From: Klebsormidium nitens
Lineage: Eukaryota > Plantae > Klebsormidiophyceae
Assembly: GCA_000708835.1 (NCBI GenBank)
Contig: DF237099.1
Location: 109,382-173,381, forward strand
DNA: 64,000 nucleotides
Direction: 5' to 3'
Of this stretch, positions 24,401 to 44,779 are shown one piece after another (within the stretch, counting starts at the first letter, position 1; each line of letters opens with the position of its first letter). The translations under genes and the position numbers were made by a program. Below the pieces are notes generated by a model. It saw only the letters and a list, made by a program, of their open reading frames with translations. It was not told the origin of the DNA and searched no databases.

Positions 24401-27345
24401 AGGACTCCCGAGCATCCCCAGGTTTTATATTTGGGGGGTTAGCCCTTAGCCCGCAGGCTGGGAGGGGGTGCACGCTCGGCGGAAGTGCTTGGTGTTACCG
24501 AAGCGTACAATTTCTGCCGGGTTGAGACAATTATGTACCCAACTCTTGCGCTTTCTAGCACTCAAAAAAGGATCCGGGAACGACCGGACCCCCGCCTGAG
24601 AGTGTCCCCCCACGAAGTCAGGAGCTCTAAAGGGCTTGTCCGTACCTGCACGTACAAACTTGACGACCATACACCGTCAGATCTACACGAGCATCCCAGG
24701 TAACGCACCTGAAGTTCGCTGAAGTGGAACTCGTCTACGTTTTCTGCCAAGGCGGGGCCTTGTGGGTTTGCCTGGGCAACCGGTGCAACCGGCCGGACCG
24801 TTGCTGGCGTGCCGTTCGAAAGCGCTCGAGCGGCACCACCTGCGGATAAACATTCTTTGATTATGCCTCTCATAAAACGCAAGTAAGGAATTTAAGGACT
24901 CCAGAATCCTTATGTTCAGGACTCAGCGTTTCCAACATCGTCGAGAAGTCTTTGATCCCATCTTTGTTGAAACAAGCTCTCCGGGGCGTTTCCTCCTCTC
25001 TTTCTTAGCTTACACAGCATGTGCGTCTAGCTGAAGCGCTTCGTCACCAATTGCTGTCTCAAAAAGGGAGCAGCGAATCGCCATCCGCTTCCTCCCAGAA
25101 CCTTTGTGCTCGGCAGGAACGTGGTCACGCCTTACGACGCAGGTCTAAATGTTCTGCGAAAAGTGGAACATGCAAGAAGTGATTAGAACTTTCCGAAAGC
25201 GACTTGAACCCGTTTCGGACGCTTACCCGCCTCTGGGCCGAGCTTCTGGGGAGGCGACGTCAGGGCCGGCGCCGGGACGGATCCCCGCCGCACTGCCTTG
25301 CGCAGCTCTGCGCGCGGGCTGAACGCATACCCGCCCTTTCCCTTCCCCCCTTTGAAGAACCAGAGGGCCAGTCCGACCAACAGGCCAATGACGACGAGTG
25401 GAACGATGACAGCGATGGCGACGATTGCGCCGGTGCTCAGGCCGGAACTCGAGCCGTCGGATGAGGAGGGTGGGGTGGGGCTAGACGGAGGGGTGGGAGT
25501 GTTTTGTTGAGGGGTCGGAGGAGTTCCAGGGGTTGTCGGGGATGGGGTGGCTGCTGTAGGTCAGAAGAGACCAGCGGAGTCATTAGCTTCGGATTCTGGC
25601 ACTGAGAATTTGTTGACTGAACGAAGAGATAGTGGTGACGCGAAACAGATCCTTCCGGTTGTTGCTCGAAGCCAGGTCCCGTCGATTGAATCGCCCTATT
25701 GAGCAGGCAAAGTGTTTGCACTCTGCTTCAACACAGACCCTTTCAAGGTCCACTGCCCTGCGCAATCGTCTGCCGGCTTTTCTTTTACCTCCAAAAAACT
25801 GGACAATTGAAGGTATGGAAGATTCGTGGATTAGAAAACTTCTCGAGGACAGGGAATCAACGCCACCTCTTGGAAGCTTACTTGGAGGAGGTGGAGAAGG
25901 AGGTAGCGTTGGTGCCACGCTGCCTGCGTTCGTGAAGGTCACGAACTGATACTGGCCCCAGTCGGACGGGAAGCTGAACTGCGATGACGTCAGCTTGTTT
26001 TTGATGCTGGTCTGTGTGGTCGAGTCGAGCTGGGTAGCACCACTGCCAGGTAGGGGCAGGAGTTCGAAAGTTACCGTCAAGGGTGAATACGTCTGACCGG
26101 CCAGTCGCACCTGCACAAAGATTTGCCCTCTTCAACTACCGTTTATGACGAATCATGCAGCTCTCAGGTAGGATGAGCAAGGATGGCAGCTTGTCTCAGT
26201 CCTTGGTTGCATAACACGGCCTTTTTATGCATTCAAAAGCAGCTTCGAAGCAGCAGCTAGCATCCATTTGAACAATCGCGACCTTTGTAAGGCCTCAACG
26301 AGCCATTTCTTCTGACAGGCAGTTTGATAAAGATACATGCTGAGGTGTAGTACTCTGGCTTTTAGCGCGGGTCTCTTACAAAGGCTGCTTGCAAGTGCAG
26401 TTGATAGTTCTCCTATGGAATTTCTGACGCATCAAGAGACTTACCTGTCCTGGCTCCAGGCCTGCTGTTGATTTGAAGTTGCTTTGCAACTCACGTTGCT
26501 GGTCCGCCTGGAACGCGCTTGAATCAGCAATACCCGGGAACTTGATCTGGACAACTGCGGCATATACACAAGGACATGACCCGTCTACGCTGGCCACTTG
26601 ATTGGTGGGGCACGGTGAACAACCTGCAATACAAGGGAGCCGGGTCATCATGTGAAACATGCAGGGCTTGAGAGAACTTCTCCTTGACAATATTTGAGCC
26701 AGTGGAAGGGCTAAGAAGAGATTTGAAATCGTCACAAGTGGTCGAAAGTCAACGATGTTACACTGGGTAAAGGGAGTCAACAAATTCGACAAATGTGAGA
26801 TCAGCTACAGCTCTACGGACTTGCAAATGCTTCGCAGCTCAATGCACAGAATAGTCGCAGCTGTGGACTACCAGTTTCAAAGGGTCCTTTGAAGAACACA
26901 AAGTCTCTGCCTGTCTTAAAAGCTTGGTGAAAGTCAGCTGCTGATGAGAAACTGTCTACCAGAGTGTCCAGAAGACACTTGCGTTGAGCTTCGGTCCATC
27001 CTATTGAAGATCTCTGCGAAGCATTCACCCACTCCTATGCACGGTCTCAATGTTACTCAGGCCTTGGACTTGATCTGTAGATAGAGGGTCTCAATCTACA
27101 GAGACCCTGAGTACCAAAGTGGCCCTGATTGGTTAGTTGTTTCCTCATGCTTTCGCGGCCTTGAACCTGATCGGCTGAGGGTTGAAACCTCTTTCTTCAC
27201 CTGCTAGAAGGTGCCTTCCACCGGCGCTGATTCTCCTATCTCCCAAAGGGCCGGCTTGCAAGTCCTCAGCATTGCTACTCCAACAGCACTGCCCAATCAA
27301 GAGGATTGTCAGAAAAGCCGCAGCTTTGATACAAGGGTCTGCCAT
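21480..27345 (-). CDS. Receptor-like kinase, ALE2/extensin-like type (signal peptide, Cys-containing ectodomain, Pro/Thr-rich stalk, TM helix, kinase domain)
   Basis: About 11 exons. Signal peptide [18 protein letters not shown]; ectodomain [12 protein letters not shown]; [28 protein letters not shown]. Kinase motifs [76 protein letters not shown]. Confidence 0.92.
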
Positions 27346-28395
27346 CCTTCCTTCTGCAAGTTCCTCTTGTCACCACTTGCGTCGTCTTCTTACATCCAAC
27401 TGCGAAATGCCTGGCGCTTGAAACCTCTTGCAGGTCCCCTGCAACCTACGTCAGTACTGTCTTCTCTCGTTGTTTTCACAATGCTGTGAGCAATCAACAG
27501 CATTTCGTTCACAATGCTGGCCCCTCCATTAGCCTCGATCTTGTTAATCTGGTTTCATATGAAGTCTTTGAAAGTCACGTCTGGTCCAATGCTGGTCGCT
27601 TTCACGTCCTTATTATCATAGCAAACGTTCAAAATGCGATTGCACAACCTCATGACATTATGAGGGATCACGAACGCCACACATGGGCGTGCACCTCCAG
27701 CATCTTTTCCCTTGGACGTTCGCAAAAACAGAACCTGCAGAGCCAACTTGGTGTGGCTGCCTCAGCGCAAAACGCAATGCTGCCGCGAAACAATTGTGTT
27801 GCGTGATTTTCTACCCAACCTGACCACCAGTCGTTCTGGTCAGGTTGCGCGAACTTGAATCGCTCAGCAAATGTACCGGCCGCCTGCTTCTTCCTCATCC
27901 AACGAAAATGCTTGGGGGCGACCACAATGGCTGTATTGTGGATTTGAGTGTCGCTGGAAAACGGCTGAATTTGTGCGCGCGCCGATCTGGTAAGGCACCG
28001 CAGGTACCGAACCGGACTCTTCATGCAGGTTTGCATGCGTGGCACAGAGTCGGGTGCACGAGGGACAGGGCATCCAGCTCAAATACAGAAAAGGTGGCCC
28101 AGACTCCAGAGCATGGTTGCAATGCGCGCAAGGGACCCAGCGGAGGGAAGAGTGGAGATATCCTTTTTGCTCCAAAGCTGCAGGAAGCGAGAGAATAGCC
28201 AATGAGTTGCACATAGAAGGATGCAAAGCGGGTTCTTAATTGGCCCAGGGATTCTCAAGGAATTCTTTTTGCAAGATACCCAAAAGGTGGTGCAGAGACT
28301 GCTTTGCTGAACTTTTATTGCAAGAGAAGTCCAGTTGACCTTCTACTGAAGTGTCTTGAACGAGCTGGCAGGAGCGGCCCGCGCTGCTCTTTGTC

Positions 28396-35635
<7,240 letters not shown>

Positions 35636-36918
35636 GCGAGCATTCTTCAGGACTCCGGAGCTCTCCGAGTCGCCCGCTTTTTGGCTACGGTTGAGATCAT
35701 TGGTGGCGGACTCGGTAGTCCGGCGGCCATGTACATACATGTAGAATCAGAAGAGATGATCGAGCATCTGCTGGTGGGATTTAGGTGACAAAATAGGGCT
35801 GTGCTCCTCAACTCGGTGACAGAAGCTTAAGTCAAATGCAGACTAACTAGACAAAATCTAGACTAACCTCATACTAGTCACCGCTGTCTGTAGCGTGCAT
35901 TCGACTCAATACAGTGACCCGAATCGTACATGCGGCGGAGCTTGCTTTTCGCTCTGACTGCTTTCATGCACTACTGTAATTTGAGTCGGTTGCGCCGTAC
36001 ATCTTCATTTGATTTTCTATGGGGTCGATAGGTGTCATCCCTGGCTTGCTGCGCGTCTGAACCGGCGGCATGCACTGAGTATCGTGCAGTGCATGAGCCA
36101 AAAGCCATGGCCCATGCGGCTCTTCGCGTGGCCGCGCGTGTCTACCCATGTGCAGGCGGCTTGTAACCTTTACAAGCTTGAAGATACAATTTAGACCATG
36201 CATGGCCGGGCACCGCTGGCTATCGCGCGAAAGCCAGGCCGGTTTGCATCATATCGTTGAGTGAAACTTACCAGCCGCGCGCGGTACATATACAGTCGGA
36301 TCAAATCAATCATGCAAAGGCTGTCTCATTTCCATACGTAAGATTCACACTTGCTTGATATTCTTGTGCACGACGCGGTCATTTCCGATATGCATGAGTC
36401 CAGCATGGTCCAATCGACCGCAATAATTGATGGCCGGGCCGCATATCCGACCGTTATATATTCGTCCTCGATTCAGGGCGGCCTGAATCTCAGTATTTAT
36501 GCTCGCGCACATGTTTATCTTCCATGACGGCCTAGACTCGGCCGGGGCAATCATGTATTTGCGGCCGCATCCGGCCAGGATAATCCTCGCGAGCAGGCTA
36601 GTACTTACCTCCGATATAATGAATGCGCACCATACCTCGCAATAGAGCTTGAAAGGCCGGGCTGTTAACTACGTAGCGCTGCATAAATCTCCGGGTCGAC
36701 CTACTCATGAGCAGCATATATTCCACATGATTGGCTACCATATACTCAGAGCAGCTAGCTGCCAATCACCTCGTTCTCAATCTGTGATGGCGGGCTGATC
36801 CATACTAACTCGCTTTTACTTCGCCTCTTGACAAGACGCAATAGCATCGTTGGTTCGTAGAGAAATTTTGGCAGGGTGCTTGAGAAAATTTGTCTCGATT
36901 AAGGCAAAATTGATGCTG

Positions 36919-39900
36919 TCAACATTCTTTCATGCTTTCTTTGATGGGCAAGTTGACGACTTGGAGAGGCACCAATTGTTTTCGGCGATGACGTTTACCA
37001 GTCGCATTTCCGCCTGATCGAACCGTGTTTTGAGATTCCTCTACATCTGCCAATAAAGAGCTTCTAAAGCGGCCAAACTCGGCCGCCTGCCTAGGCATCC
37101 TTTGTTCGGGTTCAGAGGTTCGAAACGAGGCGCTAGAGTCGCTATTGTCAAAGAATGCTTCAAAGACTTTTAAGGCTGCATCATCCTCCCACCCAAAGTT
37201 CCAATCGAAAACGAGAACATCCTCAAACTGCAAGCATGGATCAGAGAGTCAGGTCGAAGCAATCTTAAGGCCTTCCATTCAACAAATTCCACCAGATTTT
37301 CATGCCTTCACGCTTACACAAATTTTGGCAACACTCTGCTTCAAGACCTGACTATCAAAGTCATGACTCTCGACGGCTTTTTGAAGGCGTCACCAAATGC
37401 GCGCACCCAGTACACTTGTCCTTGCGATCACAAAAGCCGGGATCGAATGCAGCAAAGCAAGAAGGCATGATGCCACTAGGTACTTCGATCCATGTTTCAG
37501 TCTTCAAATGGTGATTTTGAGCAGAAATTAAGCGCTCACCTCAGATCGTTTTCGCTTGAGGCGGTCACCATGTCGCTTCCGCTTGAAGCCCAGCCCCACC
37601 GTCGAACCTTTGCCCACTCCGTCTAAAACAGAATCTACGAACGGCAGGGTTGCTTCCCGGCTGCTCATGGTCTTCCCTTCTTCGGAAACCTCCACGTCTG
37701 CCCTTTCTAACAGTTCGGCTTTGCTGGCAACTGCCTCAAATGCTTCCAAACACAGCGCGGCTTCCTCTCCGCCTGGCCTGTCCTCTGCGACCGATGGTGT
37801 ATTCGGGGGAACACAATCAGCCGTCGCCACAGCAATTGGCAAGGCTTCAGACGACTGACTTCCTATTGTGGCAGCATCGTACAAGGCCGTCAAGGCAGGT
37901 CTGGTGTCAGGCTCAGCGTCCGCTACCTCTGCAACCTCCTCCAGTACACTCGCTGCAGCACTGACCTCTCTCTGTACAGTTGACGCTCCTACCGGGGCGT
38001 TTTTTTCACCAGGAACCGACTTTTCCGGATCCCTGGCTTGTTTTGTCAGTGACTCCTCGTCACCATTTTCCCCTCGCTTTTCCCCTGGCTTTTGCATCCG
38101 ACCCCCTTCTGGTTCTTTTGCCATTTCAGAGACATTCAACGGCGCTTCATTGGCTCTAGCATCACCTCTTTTGTGAGGGCCACTCGCTCCCTCTGGTGAA
38201 GCCTCCACAAAGTCTTGGGCGATCAAACCCTCCTCTTCTTGCTCCACGACTTTTACTGCAGCATCGACTTTTTCAAAGTCATGAAGTAGCTCGCGGGACT
38301 CGAGACGTAGTCTCCGCAGCAGTGTGTCCCTGACCTGGGCTAGCTCAACCCTGAGGTATCTAGATGATGCTTCTTGCCCAGGCTCCTTGGACAGTTCTGC
38401 CAGTTTGTCCGCCAGCCGCTCGTCCATAGTCCGTCGCTCAGAGAGCAGCTTGGCAATATCATCCTGGAAACGTAGCGTTTGCTGAAATCAGTGAGCGTCC
38501 GCCAGGCTTACTGCTTGGCAGGCCGTACAGAACAGGAACTGGAGTCTTGAAATCGTCAGAAAGATTTTAGTGCACACGCTAGTGACTCTTAGAACAGCCT
38601 CCATACTCTTCGTGGTCTTGAGTGGTCCAACAACACAACGTCCACCAACAAGATTCACAATATGTTCTGTACAGCCTCTACTTTTTTTTGGAGGAGCGGA
38701 CACCTTGGACCCCACCTTGGACTCCACAATGATTGTGTTTATGGCTGAACGTTGTAAGTGTAAATGGATTTGGTTGTAAAGGCAATCTTTAAGATCCATC
38801 AGATTTTCTTGAGAGATTGCTCTTTACTGATCAGAGCGAGTCTCCATTCCCTTCCTATGGTTGCCAGTGCCATTGCGTCTCGGGCGTGTAGGAGCGAGAC
38901 TTTCTCAACAAGGCCTCACATCAACTCAAAAGAACTGTTTACTCTGCGAAAGAAGAAGGTCCATCATTTAGTTTGCTCACTTGGCATTGGCGCAACATCT
39001 GAAGCTGGCCCTCAATTACGCCATGTTGATTGGCTGCATTCTGATTCAACCCATCTGGTTCCAATTCCCCCTGCGCAATGTTAGTGGCATCTTCTGCAAC
39101 AACCTGGCCTACACATTTTTCACTGGCGCCCAGAAGGGCGTTAGCGTCATCCTCATGTTGGAGGCATATCCCCTCATCTTACACGACCTCAGTATGCGCG
39201 CTTTCATTCTGGAACTGGGAGCTACTGGAGCCTTCGTGATCGATCGAGGGCAATCCTTTCCATTTCCTGTCCAGCCACGCAACCACCAACCTTTTGCGCT
39301 CCTTGCCAACCGCTGTCACCACCTCAGCTCTTGCTGCATTGAAGCGAATACCTCGTCCTTTACATCATTGCAGATGCGCACGCACTGCAGACAGAGGTGA
39401 TCTGCCAAGCGTTCAAAGTCTTGATCATTGCACTTGGTTTGTAACTCCCTGCTCACTTTGAGTGCTACACAGGCAATCTCAAAGTTCGGCGACTTAAGCA
39501 AGACAGCATTGAGCTTCTTGAGACCTGAGCGCTTCTCCTTTGTAAGGAGGCCATGTTGCCGCCTCCCTCCTGCCATGTTGCTCGTCTCCGAGCAAGCCGC
39601 CCTTGCCGAATACTCTCACATGGAGGCCAGGATCCCGCCAGGATACTTGGATAGTGCGATTAATAACACAAAGTTCTCTCGACGTTCAAATTCTTCGTCA
39701 ATGCCAATGCCATGCCAGAGTTCCGTGCAAGGTCCAGGTCCAGGACCAGGATTGCCATACCTATACTAATAGGTAGTGGTCTCTAGCGAAATCAGTTGTC
39801 TCGCGCGCGATTGCTCGCGTGGAGCTTTCCCTTGCAGGCCGAAACTCATTGATTGATCTACGTGGCGCAATGAGATTGGTTCAGCATCCGCCGGCCGAAC

Positions 39901-40363
39901 CTTGATGCCGGCCGGCATACGGTACGGTATCGCGAAGTGGAACTCACTGAGATTGGCTTGAGAAGCTCGACGATCATCTCCAGTGGCGCTTGTCTAAGAT
40001 TATCATCGCAGCCAATGGAGCACAGCCCCGACGACGATTCATATTCCCAGCTGATGTTGCATCGAGCATCTTTCACCTACATCACACTCATTGGAGCTCG
40101 TGAATTCGCTTTCTAACTAAGATTATGGTAGGACGTAGCTACGTAGGCGCTGCACTTTTATGACTCACTTCCTGCACTTCACTGTCACGTAGCTGGAGAT
40201 CATCAGTTGGACTGGCCACGTCGGCTTCTCGGGTTATGCTCGCCTTGCCTATCAACGTTTGCTGCGATCGAGTCCCGATCCAGCCGCCAACCCACCCATG
40301 AACGGTGATGCAAGCAGATTTTGAGGTTTCCACAATTAATCCTGCAATCGAGCATGATTCCAT
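36919..40363 (-). CDS. Hypothetical multi-exon protein (coiled-coil plus Glu/Ala-rich low-complexity region); exon structure unresolved
   Basis: Long coding-like exon ~38480-37541 with a good acceptor and a GTGAG donor. Probable terminal exon from TTGCAG|TTTGAGG to the stop at 36919. Candidate first exons from ATG 40363 to a GTGAGT donor, and 40076-39948. The middle exons (38480-39770) could not be joined in phase. Confidence 0.5.
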
Positions 40364-40899
40364 TCGGCCCGGTGTTTCAGAGAGTTACACTTGTACTTCG
40401 GAACTGCGGATGTGTTACTGTCTTCGCTGTAGTCCTAGTGAAAACAGCATTGCCGCGTGGTATTAAAAGTGCCACTTGCAGATGCAGCTGCGCCGGTGAC
40501 GCCCGCTTCAGACAGGAGCCTGTGATTCAGTTTATTTCTGCATGATTCGCGCCACAGCTATCTACAATACTTTCAATAGTGCAAGTTGTAGCTGTAATTA
40601 TAATTAGCAAGGCCTTTCAAGTTTACTGGGTTTGATTAAAGAGAAAGAGAAAAGCACACAGTGACAATGATTCAAACGAGGACGGCGAATCCTGTGTTTC
40701 TATTCTAATCACCACAATTCGATGTGGAAACAATCAAGACAAAGTGAGACGAAAATCCAGAACGAAGCTTGCTAGACCCCTGCCACTCCAGAGGGCTTGC
40801 TTCCAAACTTTGTGAAGGACAGCGGTTGGTATAGGGAGTATAAAGCGGGGAAGGTGCATTCAAGCAGTCAAAGAATGACCAGATTGAAGATGAGGCCCG

Positions 40900-43800
40900 A
40901 TGACAGTGGACCCGAGGAGCAATCCAAAGGTTCGTTCTTTCTGCATTTCCGCAAGTGCGCTTGCTCGCTTACTGACACAAAATGCGCTCTTTTTATCGGG
41001 GTAGTCAAAAATGACTTATTGCCATCTTGATACACAAACTGCATCTGTACCTTTTAGAATTTTTTTTGGACATCTTGCAGCGTTCAACTTCTTGGCCATC
41101 TACTCTGTGGCGTTTCACCTCACGGAATGGTAGAGCGTCTGAAGTCCCATGCCTTCAGTACAGACTTGTGACGTTTGTGAGGGCCAGCCTGCACGTGCCA
41201 CGGACAGCTTCCAGCTTGGCTTTTATTTGACCGAGCACTTGTTGCCAAATTATGCAGGGTCAACTGGCCCCAGCATCTGCCTTCCTCTGGAGCTCTACCA
41301 GGAGACGCTGGACTCCTTGCATTACGCTCTCAGGATGCAGGAGAGCCTGGAGTACCGGCTGCCAAGCAAGCACCAGCAGGCTGAGCTGCAGGAGAATATC
41401 GTGATGCTTCTCGAAAAGCTTGAGGAGTTTAGAAAGAAGGCAGAGACGCAAGAGGCATGCTCAAGCGAGGTGAGCCAGCTGGAAGAGGCCCTTGCCATCT
41501 TAGCAGTCTCCCAGGTAAACATTTCCAAGGGAGATTAGATCGGCGAAAAGAGCGATTAACTTGGCCAAACAGAGCTGTTCCGGACTGTCCAGGGCCTTTG
41601 GCGGAAGATATGTTTACTTGTAGTACCTCTATGAGAACGCCGAATGATTGTTCAAGCAGCCTAGCTGACTGCTTGAAGAGCCTATGGAATTCAATTAAAG
41701 CAGTCTGTACCTGGAAGGTTTGGCCTCCCGACATGAGAAACATGAGTTCGGCGCATCTTCATCAGCAAGCCAACGTATCGTACGTTGTGAAGTTTTGGAC
41801 AATCCCATTCTATCAACCTATTAATCTGGAACTTATCCTCCGGTTAGCTGGAGGGTATTTCCGCAAGATACCATGAATCGGTTCAGATGATCAAACTTCG
41901 AGACTTAAGAACACGATTGCGAATGGCACGAATCTAACCTTGATGTCCGTTGGCGAACTTGCTTATAGAAGATTCGGAACCCCTGACAATCTTCGAGGGT
42001 CTAAGAAGCGCAACGAGTAGTCAAGCAGATAGTGCTTCGAGGTTCCAATATATTGGTCAGCGGCACTGACAAACAGCACGTTGCCAAACTCTTGCAGGTT
42101 TGGCAAGAGTCGGTCAGCAAAAGTGGACGTGAGGAGCCGTCCAACACTGAGGAATTATCGAGGACACCACAGGAAGACCGAAGTCACATTATTGTCGAGT
42201 TGAACGAAGCCATGCGGTTGCAAGCGGAGGAGCTGGAGCAGCTGAAGCTTCAACTGAGCATGACCACAAAGCTCTTTGAGCAATGTAAGGACATGCGAAC
42301 GGATCCTGCGAGCTTGTCAAGGCTTCGAAACGCCTTCCTCTCCCTCCTTCATTGACGTACCCCAGACGAGGCATACAAGTCAGAGCGGCACCTCCGTATC
42401 TTTACTCAGCGAGCTACCATTGGCGACTCGGGTCGCGCACCACTTCTGATGCTGTGATGCAACGCCCGTAAACAATCACAGACGATCAGCGGTGTACGCT
42501 TCCACTGGGATACACCTAGAAAGCGAACATGTCTCCTCTCTCCGACGTTTCTCTGTTGAAGAACATCAATGAAAGCGCTACTTGAATGAGCGGAAGAAGC
42601 TTCTGTGAATGCGGTGGTTGTTCAAATAAGCGCCACTTTTGACAAGCTTCTCACCAATGATGTTCATTTTGCAGTGGGCGTCAACAATCTGTTGAACCTC
42701 CTCAGATCGGAAGATACGGACATCTGTAGAACAGCCACGAAGGCCTTGGCAAATCTGGCGGCACAAGGTGAGTCGTGCTTGTATCATGACCTCAGTGTTT
42801 TCGAAATCTGCCTCCTTGCTCTCGCGCTCATCTCACTGTTTGTAAGTCTAATCTGCCCTACTTCGTTACGTGCCCATGATAAGCAACAAAGCACTAACTG
42901 TGATTCGATAATGCAGAGAGCTTCCAAGAAGAAATAGTTCAAGTAGGAGGCCTCAAAGGGTTGTTCGACCTCTTTGAAAGGAGCGTGGACGAGATCACAC
43001 ACCGTCTAGCGGCAGGGGCGGTTGCAAACTTAGCAGTCAACGGTAAGCAGACAGACACATCTGTGCGATGCTGTCTTTCGATTCAGGGACTCCGATTTCC
43101 GCTCAGATTTCCACCTCCAGTGTTAAGGCAAACGTTTTGATTAGCGTCTCTTTATCCGCTTAGAGTCGCTGCCTCTGCATGAGGATAGAGTTTCTATCCT
43201 CAGTCTGTCAAGTTTGCTGGCCAGCCGTTGGGAAGTGCCAATGGCTTTTGTTGACTCCATTCTCAAAGCTGCAGAATCAAACCAGATAAAAATAGTCGAA
43301 GAGGGGGGCCTACCTACCCTTTGCGAATTGGGGCGAAGCTCAGCGGATCCGCAGACCCAAAAGATGGTTGCAGGAGCGATAGCCAACCTCTGTGGAAATG
43401 GTGAGGCGGCCCACGACTGATTGCAAATTCTGTAGAAGTCTTGCATCTATGTTCAGACCGCTCCGCTCATCGTCTCCTAATAAGTTCGCGTAGATAGAAC
43501 CATTCTGCAGAAGCAAGGTCAGAGTTCCCAGTGGCCATCAAGGAATCAACAACATATTCCACAATCGCCATTGCAGCCGCTTTGAGGGACACGCTTATCG
43601 AGTCGGGCAGCATGCGGAAGTTCCTGTCTATGGCCGCAACTCGACAAGCGGCTGTTTTGGAGCAAGTAGCGCGGGGCATTGCCAATTTCGTCGTCAAAAG
43701 TAAGATCGTTCCACTTGTCTTGCACCAAATAGAAAGAGCATCTTTCTGCCAGCCACAACACTTACCGTGACTTGCTGACGCTGATGAAGCATAGACGACC

Positions 43801-44779
43801 TATCAAATGCCCTTTCGAGAGGCCGCGACGGCTCAAGTACTCAGGTCATCCTTTTCCGGATTCTGCAGACGATCAATTGGATGGATTTCTCAAGGAAGGC
43901 GGTCTTCGATACTTGATCCGGATGGCCACCTCAAGCAGCACTCCGGTGAAGAAGCACGTGGGCCTTGCGCTTTACAGCTTAGCACAAAAAGGTAGACCGG
44001 TATACCTGCTTCGTTTCCAGGCGGACTTGGTATCGACCCAAAATCCATGTTGACTCAGGATCATTTTCATCCAAGCTGACAATCTGAAACGATGTTGAAA
44101 GATCATGTGGCTTTTTCAGAATTCGTCGCTTCGACTGGAATCTGAGCTTCTTGGACGAAAATTGATGAACATTGTCAAGTGTACGATTAAATTCGGTAAA
44201 GAGAGCACCGATGTGTTGAGCCGTCAGTATTTATCCTGAGCTTTTTCGCAAAGCATATTCCTGGTTGCTGGTGGCAAAGAAATGCGATCATGGTTTAACG
44301 AACAAAGATCCTTGAGAGCTCTGGTTGATGCATTTCGAGATCGTTTGTTCCCCTCCCTGCAGAATTACCGGCAATGCAAATCGTGCAAGCATCTGGAGCG
44401 ATCGAATTTTTGGTTGAATTGAAATTGCATGATGGAGACAGCATGCAGCGCATGGCCGAAAAGACTCTGGCCTGCCTCACGAAATTTGACGGTGAGCACT
44501 CCGGCATCAGAAGTCTTTGCTTAAAAGCTTTGTTTGCACCGATATATCAATCGAAGGAACGGCTTCTTCCAAAATCACTCGGTTTGAAGGAACATTTTCT
44601 GCAACCAATCCATGTGAGTTGAATGAATACAAGCGGACGCTATCATACAAGTCCTAAAAGGTACAGGGAAGCACCGTGCTGACAGGACACTTTTTCGTTC
44701 CGCAGACGGTGCGCAGAGACTCGTCGAAGCAGCCGAATCAAGGATGCGGAATGAAGCTAAGTCCTTATTTTCATCCTGA
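40900..44779 (+). CDS. Armadillo-repeat protein homologous to the C-terminal tail of ARK kinesins; coiled-coil N-terminus, no motor domain
   Basis: ARM exons: VGVNNLLNLLRSEDTDICRTATKALANLAAQ, GGLKGLFDL...AAGAVANLAVN, KIVEEGGLPTL...DPQTQKMVAGAIANLCGN, VLEQVARGIANF, VKKHVGLALYSLAQ. These follow the order of the plant ARK tail. The start (ATG 40900) is modelled from phase-consistent short exons. Confidence 0.8.

Noticed and set aside
39858-40076. F-box-like pattern LRQAPLEMIVELLKPI...RTVCR
   Set aside because: A strong GTGAGT donor after PIS probably places the second half in an intron, and the ORF starts at GTG directly after an acceptor. Not supportable.
41149-41258. B-box-like CDVCE in ORF 41149..41538
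   Set aside because: The remaining zinc ligands are missing, and the phase-consistent model places this segment in an intron.
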